Shown here one piece after another: positions 1-12,579 of a stretch of 64,000 nucleotides of DNA. Within the stretch, counting starts at the first letter, position 1. Each line of letters begins with the position of its first letter. The stretch spans positions 85,126,001-85,190,000 of the forward strand of contig NC_042997.1 of NCBI RefSeq assembly GCF_006345805.1, given 5' to 3'. The position numbers were made by a program, and so were the translations under genes. The stretch comes from Octopus sinensis (Eukaryota). Under the pieces are notes generated by a model. The model was not told the DNA's origin. It saw only the letters and a list, made by a program, of their open reading frames with translations, and ran no database searches.

Positions 1-159
1 TCTACTGCTCTTTCTAGCACAACGCTTTCCTGTTTCGAAGCCTTTTATTGTATTTCTATATGAATAATATATAGTCTAATGACTAATTCGTTTTTTTCTT
101 GTTTGTGTGCTAGGTCACTGGTAATAATTTATTATTACCCTATGTATTATGTTTATATA

Positions 160-2111
160 TACATGTTTGAAGACTGCCTAACAAAAATAGGAGAAGTTCT
201 CACCAACCTAGAACAACACAACAGTGTATTCTTCATGGGTGACTTTAACTTCCCCAATGTGGAATGGCCTGGTGGGGGCAGATGCTCCCAGGGATGACAC
301 ATCATCAGCAGGCACAGGCAGAGTCCCTGCTCCATCTTACAAATGCCTCTTTCATGGAGCAAATAGTGCTGCAACCAACAAGAGCAAATAATATACCAGA
401 AGAATTCTTTGCCACTTTACCAGTGGCCAAAGAGGCAAAAATTGAGTACATCAACATTGAAGATGATGATATCACACTGGCCATAGATGAAATTGACACA
501 AACTCAGCTGCTGGACCTGATGGATTTCCAGCGATCCTTCTCAAATCGTGCAAACGAGCCCTTGCAAAACCGCTACAGTTTCTTTTTCAGAGCTTTCTTG
601 CAAGTGGTAAGCTCCCAGCTAAATTGAAGGAGGGGGTAATATGCCCTATCCATAAGGGAGGAAGCAGAGCAGATGCTAAAACTTATAGGCCTATCTCTAT
701 AACCTCAAGCAAAGTCATGGAACGAATAGTCCGCAAGAAGCTAATCATGTTCCTTGGAGAAAATGACTTGCTGACTGACACCCAGCATGGATTTCGACCA
801 GGTAGAAGCTGCCTAACACAGCTCCTGCAACACTATGACTGGGTGTTAAAACAGCTACTAAATGGCTCAAATGTGGATGTGATACATCTCAACTTTGCAA
901 AAGCCTTTGATAAAGTCGACCATGGTATAATTTGTCACAAACTGCGTAGTCTCGGCACAGGCGGAAAACTTGGAGAGTGGCTGCACAACTTCCTAAAAGA
1001 TAGAAGGCAGGCAGTTGTGACCAATGGAGCCACCTCCAAGGAAACACATATAACAAGCGGTGTTCCACAGGGCACTGTCTTGGGGCCACTTCTGTTCATA
1101 GTGGCCCTTTCAGACATGCCCTCAGTTGCTAAGATGGCCATCCTTGCTAGCTATGCAGATGACACAAAAGTCTCCCACACAATACAAAACCCTGGAAATA
1201 TTGCACATCTGCAACAGGAGTTGGATACTATCAGTGGGGGGCTGAGGACAACACATGCAGTTTAATGCAGGTAAGTTCCAGGCCCTGCGCTACCGGCACA
1301 CAAAAGTAAACGACATGCAGACTGGATACACTGGCCCGGGAAGAATTGCAATCCCTGAGTCAAAATCAGTGCGTGACCTGGGCATTGACATGAGCAATGA
1401 TGCATCTTTTCAAGTGCATATTACTAATTTGGTGATAAAATGCAGACAGCTAGCTGGATGGATTCTCCGAACTTTCAGAACAAGAGAGAAGGAGACATTG
1501 ATGGTACTGTGGAAAACTTTCGTCCTCAGCAGCTTGGACTACTGCTCCCAACTATGGTCACCACACAATATAAAGCTAACAGCAGAACTCGAAGCAATTC
1601 AAAGAAGCTACACCAAGAAGATCGTCTCAATGCAACATATCAGCTACTGGGAAAGACTGAAAGTATTAAAACTCTTCTCTCTAGAGCGAAGGCGGGAGAG
1701 ATATGCGGTGATATACATCTGGAAAATCTTGGAGCGTCTTGTCCCAAACTTTGGCATTCAAAGTTACCCCAACCGCAGAACGGGGCGCCACTGCATGGTG
1801 CCAAAGATTCCAACATCACCATCAAAATACAGGACCAGATACTGCTACAGCTTGGGTTTCAGAGGACCACAGCTCTTCAACATCCTCCCTAAATGCCTGA
1901 GAGATTGCATAGTGTGGATGTGGGTTTCTTTAAAACTAAACTGGATCTCTTCTTGTCGGGGGTCCCAGATGAACCTACCTCACGGCAGGAGACACAGATG
2001 AGGTCAGCGGCATCGAACTCTCTTGTTGACCAAATGCCACGTGTCAGAGGTGGATTCACATATTAGTGTAGCTCATTCGGGCTGAAACATTTTTAAGGAT
2101 TTAAGGATTTA
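160..2111 (+). mobile_element. CR1/L2-group non-LTR retrotransposon (LINE), 5'-truncated, frameshifted, internally deleted
   Basis: APE endonuclease motif MGDFNFP (ORF 79..297). RT motifs GPDG, YRPIS, QHGFR, NFAKAFDKVDH, GVPQGTVLGPLLF, SYADDT (ORF 264..1265). C-terminal RDLG, LDYCSQLWSP, SLERRRER (ORF 1255..2001). Short tandem tail (TTTAAGGA) ~2092-2111. Confidence 0.9.
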
Positions 2112-2201
2112 TACATATATATATATATACATATCTATATATATATATATCTCCAAGAATCGAACTTATCTGCGATTCTTGTAAATTTCAATAACAATCT
2201 G

Positions 2202-2288
2202 TTCCTCTACACGATATGACAGTCACTTTGCTTTTACTCAGACTTTCCTCTACATGATATGACAGTCACTTTGCTTCTTACTCGGATT
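2202..2288. repeat. 43-bp direct tandem duplication (2 copies)
   Basis: ttcctctacacgatatgacagtcactttgcttttactcagact starts at 2202 and a near-identical copy starts at 2245. Confidence 0.85.
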
Positions 2289-2788
2289 TTCAGAAATTTT
2301 GCATGACTGTATCCGAAAATTTCTTCACACAACTTGATTAGAAATTCAATATGAGCTATATGTAGACATGCACAAATTCTGTAAGTTTAAAACCTTTCAT
2401 CGGATCTCCATGAATCGATCTTTCTTCAATGCAGTTAATCTTACGACCTCTTTTGTATCTACCCCTTTTGATGTTTGGGAATTCTCTGATGTTTTTTTCG
2501 GCTGACGAGTACGAGCCATCTGTATTCACTGCATTTTTTGTAGCTTATTAAAGATGTCCTCGTACGAAACGATCGTACCGAGATTTTAATCCATTCTTGT
2601 TGCTTTTTTCCTATTTATATATATATACATATCGATTCCGTCGGTCACCAATGACCATGAGTGCATCTAAGAGGTTCCTTTCCAGGGTACAAATCTGGGC
2701 GGAAAGTTGTTTCTTTGAAAAACCAGCAGTTACCCATGCATACCAGCCTGTCCCTCCACGCCATATATATATATATATATATATATAC

Positions 2789-2822
<34 letters not shown>

Positions 2823-2897
2823 TACATGCACCATCACATACACACAAACATACATACATACATACATACATACATACAAGCATAAACATACATGCAT

Positions 2898-2943
<46 letters not shown>

Positions 2944-2947
<4 letters not shown>

Positions 2948-3194
2948 CGTGATGAGCGTGAGCGACCAGACCATCAGATGTAGTTACAACATCGCTGGTC
3001 ACAATGCGTTCGCATTGTTTTAGCCTTCGAATGACGCCACCCCGCTGGCTAAGCGAGCAGGCCAACAGAAGAAAGAGTGAGAGAAAGAGTGGTGAAAGAG
3101 TACAGCAGGGATCACCACCCCCTGCCGGTGTTTTCGCTCAATAAACACTCACAACGCCCGGTCTGGGAATCGAAACCGCGAAACCGTTGCGCCT

Positions 3195-3198
<4 letters not shown>
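2944..3198 (-). mobile_element. SINE-like element (family D), internally deleted
   Basis: Minus strand begins ggaggcgcaacgg, then a B-box-like ggtttcgattccc; flanked by (TA)n on both sides. Confidence 0.55.
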
Positions 3199-3229
<31 letters not shown>

Positions 3230-3233
<4 letters not shown>

Positions 3234-3535
3234 ACAGTAAGCACATAAATGCGAAACAAGGAGGAAAAAATGGTACTCGAATACCAGCTGTAGGGTGATA
3301 TGATATGCTTTATTAAAAAGCAACAAAAATATCACAGAAGCTGTTACTCAGAGTTTCACGTTCCCGTTCGTCGGACTGTTTTGTTTAGAATGGAGCAAGA
3401 TGAAGTTATATGCAGAAAATTCAATTACTTTGATATATATACACATTTGAAAATGGTTTTGTTTCATTATTCCTTTGAACGAACGGTCTTTTCATAAGCG
3501 GCCTCATTAAATAAATTGCGGTGTAAATTAAAATC
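3230..3535. repeat. Short dispersed TA-flanked repeat (Penelope-LTR-like) carrying a hammerhead-like motif
   Basis: Shares gtactc.aataccag...atatgctttatt with 6029-6115 and 20935-21030 (inverted), and ttactcagagtttca with 57990-58004. Confidence 0.7.
3341..3378 (-). ncRNA. Minimal type I hammerhead-ribozyme-like motif
   Basis: Minus strand: CAGU CCGACGA ACG-GGAA-CGU GAAAC UCUGA GUA ACAG (core variant U4C, 3-bp stem II with GNRA loop, near-palindromic stem III, GUA triplet, 3/4 stem I pairs). Confidence 0.55.
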
Positions 3536-3581
3536 ATATGATATATATACATATATATGTATATGTATATATAATATATAT

Positions 3582-3637
<56 letters not shown>

Positions 3638-3642
3638 TATAC

Positions 3643-3691
<49 letters not shown>

Positions 3692-3728
3692 CATATATAT
3701 ATATATCATATATATATATATATATAGC

Positions 3729-3761
<33 letters not shown>

Positions 3762-3789
3762 CATATATATTATATATATATATACATAT

Positions 3790-3838
<49 letters not shown>
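3536..3838. repeat. (TA)n microsatellite, imperfect; one of many such tracts in the window
   Basis: Directly visible; similar tracts at 4019-4130, 22590-22890, 25920-26135, 39530-39680, 57289-57572. Confidence 0.98.
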
Positions 3839-3841
<3 letters not shown>

Positions 3842-3889
3842 TGCTGTTGGTGATTTTTGTTTTTCCTCTCTTTGAACTTTTCCCATTTT

Positions 3890-3926
3890 TCTTTCCGACG
3901 AAGAACTATGCTCGAAATGTCGAAAA
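3890..3926 (+). ncRNA. Degenerate minimal hammerhead-like motif
   Basis: UUU CCGACGA A GAAC-UAU-GCUC GAAAU GUC GAAA; same layout as 5238-5275 and 22446-22478. Confidence 0.35.
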
Positions 3927-4016
3927 CTCTCTCTTTCTAATAAGTGTCAAACAAATACATTCCTTACGCACGTCTTCTTTTTGTTTGTTATTGCTAATTT
4001 TAATGTTCATTTATTT

Positions 4017-4128
<112 letters not shown>

Positions 4129-5020
4129 CATACACATAAATGTAATAGATATAAATAAAGCGTGTTTGCGCGAGAGTACCACTGTATGCCTTTGTAGAAT
4201 AGCAAACTCGGTATCGTATTTCAATCCGTCATGGGTACGCCCTTCACGCCTAGTCGATTCTGCCTTTCGTTCTCCTCTAAGATCGATGAAATAAAAACCA
4301 GTGTCGATATACAAGGCTACAACGCTTAAAGGCGGTGCTCCAGCATGGCTGCAATCCAGTGAATGTGCAACCAGTAAAAAATAAGCGCATATATATATAT
4401 TCTTTTACGCGTTAGTATTTATGCTGGAGCACCGCATAAATATCTATATATCTATATATCTATATCTCTCTATCTCTCTATTTATATACATATATATATA
4501 TACATGTATATATATATATATAACTGGTTATATATATATATGTGTGTATGTATATAACCAGTAATATCACACACACACACGCACACACACACACACATTT
4601 TTATGCGCAACAAAAAACAGTTCACGCACACACATAGACAGAATAATGCTCACATATACACATAAATGTAATAAAATACACAAAGAGAAATCGCAGCACT
4701 TGGAAGACGAGGAAACAGAATAAAGAGAGTGGGTGAAAGAAAGAGACAGGCTGTTAAAGGATGGGAGGGAGGGAGGGAGGGAAAGACTTTAGTAAATTTA
4801 ATAATAGACTATATAAATAAGCGAGCGCCCACCTAAGTCTTCGGAATTACATGCACAGTGGTTGTCTTGTTTACTCATTCACAAACACATGCAAACACAC
4901 AAACATATCAAAACACGTGTGCACATCAAGTCATGTAGACATACACAAGTTCATATGCTCAGTCCCACCCCCAAAAAGTAGACACATTATACACAGGCAC
5001 ACACACACACATAAGCACAT

Positions 5021-5118
<98 letters not shown>

Positions 5119-5237
5119 TTGTATATGCAATATATATATACATATAAAGGGAAAGTTTACGAAAATAAACAAAAGAAGAAGGCAGGTGGAGTACAAACAA
5201 ACAAATGCATTAGTATAGCGCTCAAGAATAGAAAAAG

Positions 5238-5275
5238 TCTTTTACGTTTCGAGCCTACGCTCTTCAACAGAAAGA
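5238..5275 (-). ncRNA. Minimal type I hammerhead-ribozyme-like motif
   Basis: Minus strand: UCUUU CUGUUGA A GAGC-GUAG-GCUC GAAAC GUA AAAGA; perfect 5-bp stem I and 4-bp stem II, no stem III; core differs from CUGANGA at A6. Confidence 0.6.
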
Positions 5276-5429
5276 TACACAGAAAAAAAAAGGAGAGAAA
5301 AAAATGTGTGTAGTAGCTAACGATCTTGACTTCGGACAATGGTCAGATGCGAGAGGGACAGTAGGGGAGATAACAGGGTCAAATGACTTCCAATACGAAG
5401 GTGCCCACAAAGGTGCGTGTGTGTATAAG

Positions 5430-6028
5430 AGAATATGTATGTGCGTGTGAAAGAGGGCTGGTGGTCTGGACGTGTGTGTGTATGTATGTGTGGGTGTGGA
5501 AATGTGGGGATGGGTGTATGGGTCGTGTGTTGTGATGTGATATGTGTATCTATGTGTAGGTGTAAAGATGTGGGGATGGGTGTGTGGGTGGTGTCTTGTG
5601 GGTGTGTGGGTGGTGTGTTGTGATGTGATGTGTAATGTTGTATGGTGTAGTGTAGTGTGGTATGGTGTTGTGGGGAGGTGGGGGAGGCATGTGATGTTGT
5701 AGGGTGTAGTGTAGTGTGGTGTGATGCTGTGGGGAGGTGGGGAGACGAGAGTGGGGAAAGCACAGGTGGGGTGTTGGTTCGGCTGGGGGTTGTGGGTAGG
5801 TAGAGAGTGGGGTTAGAGGTGAGGTATGTGGGGGAGGAGTATGGGATAGGGGTGAGGTATGTGAGGGAGAGGTGTGGGATAGGGGTGATGTGTGTGTGTG
5901 GGGGGGGGGAGTAGGGGAAGGGTGGGAATGATAAGGAAGGTGGAGTAGGAGTGGGTGGGTTTATGGGGGGAAGGGAAGGTGGGTATATGAGGAGAGAGAG
6001 GAAGAGAGAAGGAGAGAAGAGAAGAGAG
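5430..6028 (+). repeat. GT/G-rich low-complexity tract
   Basis: Runs of gtgggg, gtgtag, ggggagg; very few C on the plus strand. Confidence 0.9.
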
Positions 6029-6201
6029 ACCGGAGTATGTACAAAATGTGAAACAACGTGGAAGAAAGAGTACTCAAATACCAGAGGTAGAGTAATATGC
6101 TTTATTTAAAAGCTTTTAAGTAATATATATATATACTGGAGTAAGCTCGTAAATGTGAAACTTTTATCACAGCTTTTATATTTCTGGTGCTTTTAAATAA
6201 A

Positions 6202-6278
<77 letters not shown>

Positions 6279-6703
6279 TACATACATACCTGCATGTATG
6301 CATACATACATACATGCATTATTATGCTAAGACTCGCAGCCATGTTTTTAGACTTCTGTATACATATGTCTATGTGTGTTTGATTAAATGTATAAATCTA
6401 AAATTGTAGAAGAAAAAAAATCAAAATAATATACACACAAATAGCACGCAACACACACACACACACACACAGCCACATACATTTATACATATTTACATAC
6501 ACATACATACATGAAAATGCGTGTGTACATACACATACACGCACACACATATATATATATACGTACGTAACATGTATACATATATATATATATATAAACA
6601 TAAATACATATACATGCGTGTGTATATGTATGTATCTATTTATCTATTTATATATAAATATATACATAACTATATATCTATAGATATAGGTAGAAAGATA
6701 GAT

Positions 6704-6742
<39 letters not shown>

Positions 6743-6833
6743 TATATATATATATATATATAATATATAATACATACACATATACAATATACACACACAC
6801 ACACATACACACACACATATATATATACATATA

Positions 6834-7255
6834 GGCGCAGGCTGGCATCAGTGATAAGAAGTTTGCTTCCCAACCACATAATTCCGGGTTCAGTCCCACT
6901 GCGTCGCACCTTGGGCTAGTGCCTTTTACTATAGCCTCGGGTCGACTAAAGTATTATAAATGGATTTGGTAGATGGAAACTGAAAGAAGCCCGTCATTTA
7001 TGTATATATGTGTGTGTGTATCTTTGTGTCTGTGTTTGTCCCACCGCCACCACCAGCACCATCGCTTGACAACCGATGTTGGCGTGGTTACATCCCCATA
7101 ATCTAGCGGTTCGGTATAAGAGACCGATACAATAAGTACCAGGCTTTGAAAAGTATAAGCCCTGGGTGTCAGTTCCTTCGCCTATAAAAGGCGGTACTAC
7201 AGCATGGCCGCAGTCAAATGACTGAAGCAAGTAGAAGAATAAAAGAAAAGAAGAA
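6834..7255 (+). mobile_element. tRNA-derived SINE (family A), full length
   Basis: ggcgcagg head with A/B-box-like ggttcagtccc, internal (TA)(TG) microsatellite, 3' gcatggccgcagtcaaatgactgaa plus A-rich tail; about ten further copies in the window. Confidence 0.85.
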
Positions 7256-7307
7256 TATATATATATACACACACATATTTATTAAGATACATGTATATTC
7301 GTTTGTT

Positions 7308-7360
<53 letters not shown>

Positions 7361-7739
7361 ATATGCTCATATAGGCATACATATACATTCACACATACAT
7401 ATACATTCATAATCAGTGTCACTACTTTTCTTCTAATTCTATATATCCCGACAATTACTCCTCAGTTTAACCATATGAAGTGCATATCCTTCGCTCATGA
7501 ATTCTGATGAATTTCGTAATCTTCACTTCCCAGATAACCGACTGGTTTTCTAAATTCACTAAATGTTTAAGTCCTGCAGTACACTGTGACTGCAGTTTAC
7601 GGTCTATACCTCCAATCCATCCAGAAGAGTGAAAACGCAGACGGGAACATTGTTGTTGGGGCAGAGAGGTGAAGATGACAGAGAGGGGGATGACGAGCAA
7701 GTCATAAATTCCCCGCTCATCTACGTTGGTATTGGAGCT

Positions 7740-8520
7740 TGCTTAAGTATCCTTCCCAATGTTCCACATTTTCTCATTGATCTTTCACTTAACTGAGGCC
7801 GCGTAGCAATTCGTGGAACCATAGAGTATCATAGAAACTGTGCATGTCATGCCTATCTGTAGCAATTTTGATTTCTTGAGATTTTGAAATCTGTAATCAT
7901 AATTTGGACCTCTTGACCTGTGAGGCAGGTATGGAGAGATTGAGTCTGAGTCTGAAGAGCTTACCACTGACTTTTTTTTCCTAGAATGTCTGATGAAAGG
8001 TTGTCCAGAATTAATAAATGGGCCTTGTAAATATGATTAAGGAATTCGTTGATTGTACGGGAGTTTTTGTTGAGCCAGTCTTGGTATATTTTTCATCGCA
8101 AATTCGATGTTTTTGGCAGCAGCATCATTGAGTGTGGAACTTAGAAAGGTAACCATTTGTCATTCAATCTGCAACCGAGTTGATCAGTACCTCTGATAGT
8201 TTGACAGCTGTATATAGAGAAACAAATGTTCTCACAAAACTGGGGATGTCGATCTTGCAACACATTTAGCTTCTTAAAGTTTGATATTATCAAACGCCAT
8301 TAGATGCTTTGTTCGTATTACAAGATAGTTCATCCAACAGTCAGTTTCTTCATTGCACGGATTATCAAAATATCTTTGAAGTCTACAAACTAGACTAAGA
8401 TGAGGTAACTAAGACAGCATTTTTTGCACTTAGGATCCATGTATAAACTCTTGTCTATGTCTTTCTGTTTGAATTTGTTCTTAATTTTGATGTTATAATC
8501 TAATTATTGCTATCGGAATG
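7740..8520 (-). mobile_element. Ancient, highly decayed RTE-type LINE remnant
   Basis: Minus-strand translations: KSLYMDPKCKKCCLSYLILV*FVDFKDILIIRAM (APE C-terminus-like), KYQDWLNKNSRTINEF (RTE linker-like), TVSMILYGST (LLYGSETW-like). Confidence 0.55.
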
Positions 8521-9160
8521 AAGAAGTGAATAGGAGACAGGGTGAAGCAATGTGGCATTGATAGATGATCTCTGTTCCCTGAGCGTTAACTTTCAGGTTG
8601 ATTCTTTTAAAACGTGTAACAGCCCTCTAAGACGACGGCCTGTAGGGATCCGCAAATGCTTTTTACTATAGCCTCGGGCCGATCAAAGCATGCATAGATT
8701 GAAACATAAATATAAATATATATATATATATATTATATATATATATATATACATACACACACTAGCATATAGATATAGCTTCCAGAAGATATAGCTCTCA
8801 AAAATCTTAAAGAGTCTCCAAGTTACTTGGTCTCTTGACCAAGCGATAGATTTCCTAGTTTGGTTTGTATTTTCCATTACCATCCGTGTAAAACTTTTTC
8901 TGTCTTTGTTGCTGTTTTTGTTATTGCTGTTGCGCGAGCGTGTGCATGTGTGTGTCTAATGCTATATCATTGCAGTTCCCTTGTTACTGGCACCGTCATG
9001 TACAATATTCTTTTCTTATTTTGGCACAAGGCCAACAATTTTGAAGAATGGGGGAGTCAATTAATTACATCAACCCAGAGTTCAACTGGTACTGATTTTA
9101 TCGTCCCCGAAAGAATGAACGGCAAAGTTGATCCTGGTGGAATTTAAATTCTCATGTACA

Positions 9161-9545
9161 GGCGTAGAAGTGGCTGTGTGGTAAGTAGCTTGCTTACGAA
9201 CTACATGGTTCTAGGTTCAGTCCCACTGCGTGGGACCTTGGACAAGTGTCTTCTACTAGAGCATCGGGCCGACCAAAGCCTTGTGAGTGGATTTGGTAGA
9301 CGGAAACTGAAAGAAGCCCGTCGTATATATGTATGTGTGTGTCTATGTTTGTGTGTCTATGTTCCCCCAACATCGCTTGACAACCGATGCTGGTGTGTTT
9401 ATGTCCCCGTAACTTAGCGGTTCGGCAAAAGAGACTGATAGAATAAGTTCTAGGCTTACAAAGAATAAGTCCTGGGGTCAGTTTGCTCGACTAAAGGCGG
9501 TGCTCCAGCATGGCCACAGACTGAAACAAGCAAAAGAGTAAAATA
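9161..9545 (+). mobile_element. SINE family A, full length
   Basis: Collinear with 6834-7255. Confidence 0.88.
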
Positions 9546-10612
9546 GTACAATATTAACAGAAGGTGTTGTTATTGCGATGATATTTGCTCAACGCTTGAT
9601 GAGAGATCTTGAGCGTGTTGACGTTCATTTTTCTTGATTTCGCTTTCCCTTATAAATTTTTTCGTTGTCTCCCCGTAGATCCTTTTCCATCACACAAACA
9701 AACAAACACGCACACACATGCGCTCATAGGCGTAGAAAAACTCAGGTTTGCAGTCAAGAGGTGCAGTAAAATCATTTGGAGAACGAAGCACCCAAATCAG
9801 ACTTCTTATTACTTGTAAATAACCTTTTATTGAAAAGGTCTAAAAGAAGGCCCTCTGATAAAATAAAGAACCTATGGTTGAAATAGTTTTCGGTCATCTT
9901 GCTCTAGCTTCCTACTGATTATTTAATTATGGATATTTAGAGGGTAGCATATACATGCTGTACATGTACATGTCACTGTAATCTAATGATGTGCAGATGT
10001 CTTGTGTGAGACGGCTATCATCTGACAGCAGGAAGCAATCACACACACACATACATACGTGCATAGTTATATATGCACAAACATGCATACATACATATAA
10101 AAGCAAATAAACTAAATAAAAAAAAGAAGCGTAAAACAAGTACGTAAAATAAAGCAGCTTTTTGTTTCTCTTTTATTTTATTTTTTTTCTTTTTTAGCTT
10201 TTTTTTTCATTTTTTTTTTTTTTTCAAATAAAACTCTTAACAATATAAAAATAATAAACAAACAAGAATGAGTGAGAAGAGAAATATTTTCTGCTATGTG
10301 GCTTTCCCAGCACGAGGAAGTTAGTTGCTATGCCAACCAAACAACATTTGAGAGGGCGGAAAGGGTTGGAGGAAGGAGAAAGCAGAGAGACAGAGAGTGT
10401 TGTGTCAGATGGGTGGCAGAGCTGACGGTGAACGACGGTTTTTGTTGAGAGACAAGCTGATGAGTGCGACCATCCATGCGCTTTATTTTCTTTCACCCAC
10501 TGACTACAACTGGTGGTGGTAGCAGTAGTAGCAGCAGCAGCAGCAACAGTAGTAGTAGTAGTAGTAGTAGTAGTTAGTAGTAGTAGTGTAGTCGCAGCAG
10601 TAAGATTTGTTT

Positions 10613-11010
10613 TATTTTACTCTTTTACTCTTTTACTTGTTTCAGTCATTTGACTGCGGCCATGCTGGAGCACCGCCTTTAGTCGAGCAAATCGACCCCA
10701 GGACTTATTCTTTGTAAGCCTAGTACTTATTCTATCGGTCTCTTTTGCCGAACCGCTAAGTGACGGGGACGTAAACACACCAGCATCGGTTGTCAAGCAA
10801 TGCTAGGGGGACAAATACACACACACATACACATATATACATATATACGACAGGCTTCTTTCAGTTTCCGTCTACCAAATCCACTCACAATGCATTGGTC
10901 GGCCCGGGGCTATAGCAGAAGACACTTGCCCAAGTTGCCACACAGTGGGACTGAACCCGGGACCGTGTGGTTGGTTAGCAAGCTACTTACCATACAGCCA
11001 CTCCTGCGCC
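10613..11010 (-). mobile_element. SINE family A, full length, low divergence
   Basis: Reverse complement of family A with (GTAAAAGA)n tail. Confidence 0.9.
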
Positions 11011-11214
11011 TATTTTATATATATTATTAATATTATTAATATCATTTGCGGCATTTTTTTTCTTGTAAGATAATGACTATCAGTTATGTCACTGTTAGTG
11101 TCTGTCTCAGGAGAAAACAAAATCTTGGGTGTCATAAACCACTGCCCGCATTAAGAGATAAACACCAAAACCCACACATACATACATACACATACATACC
11201 ACATACATTACATA

Positions 11215-11269
<55 letters not shown>

Positions 11270-11540
11270 TAATATATATATATATACATAGTCTTCTAAT
11301 ATGGCCACAGTCAAATGACTGAAACAAGTAAAAGAGTAAAAGAGTACAATATTAACAGAAGGTATTGTTATTGCGATGAGTATTTGCTCAACGCTTGATG
11401 AGAGATCTTGACCGTGCTGGCGTTCATTTTGTTGCTTTCGCTTTACCTTGTAAATTTTTTCCTTGTCCCCCTGTAGATGACTGAAACAAGTAAAAAGAGA
11501 TATTATATATACATATATACATACATACACACACACACAC

Positions 11541-11608
<68 letters not shown>

Positions 11609-11804
11609 TATAATATATATTGTTGATTTCGGAATGGTCATTTTGCCAGTTTAGCCAATAAAAACACACGCACTATATATTTGCATTGTAGGAAATGAAG
11701 GAGAGTATATTCTAGATTTAAAAAGAACTTTATCTTAATTTTGAAAATAAAAGTATAAAAAAACGCATTATCTATGACCCAATATATATATATATATATT
11801 ATAT

Positions 11805-11848
<44 letters not shown>

Positions 11849-12059
11849 TACATAAATATATATATATGAGAAAGAAAGATAACCAGATATATAAATAAGA
11901 AAGATAAACAAATGTGTTTCTTGCTTGCGTCTTCTTTGTATAACTAACTGGCAGGAAGGATGCGTCGTAGAACAGTTCTTGATTGTAACAAAGAACCGGG
12001 ATTGAATTTTTTTTAATATTGATGCAATGCTAAATATTGGCTTCATATTATTTTTTATT

Positions 12060-12470
12060 TTTTATCTTTAATATTGTTTCAGATATTGGACTGCGGTCAA
12101 ACTGGAGCACTGCCTCGACAGGAATCTAGTCGAACAAATCGACCCCGGTACTTATTGCTTTAAAGTCTGTTACTTGTTCTATTGTTCTCTTTTGCCGGAC
12201 TGCTAATGTTACGGGGGCGTAAACAAACCACCACCGGTCGTCAAGCATTTAGAGAACAGACTCAAACACGTAGTCACACTTACACACACACATGTATGTG
12301 TGTGTTGTGCGTGTTGTGGTGTGTGCGTGTGTGTGTGTATGTGCGCGTGTGTGTACATACGATGGGTTTCTTTCAATTTCCATCTACCAAATCCACTCAC
12401 GAGGCTTTGATCGATCCAGGGTTTTATTAGAAGACAACTGGCCAGTGTGCAACACAGTGAAACTTAACCT
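12060..12470 (-). mobile_element. SINE family A, diverged
   Basis: tctaccaaatccactcac and cgaacaaatcgacccc blocks match family A reverse complement. Confidence 0.75.
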
Positions 12471-12579
12471 AGATCCATGCTTACAAATGCATTAATGCAC
12501 ACAAAATATAGTAAAAATTAAAACATATTCGTGTTCATCCATGTGTTCATCCATTTGTTCGTCGCGTTCATCCAGTATA

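Noticed and set aside
1440-1892. 150-aa overlapping ORF
   Set aside because: Alternative frame of the LINE ORF2 with no independent motif
6834-6910. tRNA gene
   Set aside because: Only A/B-box-like SINE head; no complete cloverleaf and it continues into the SINE body
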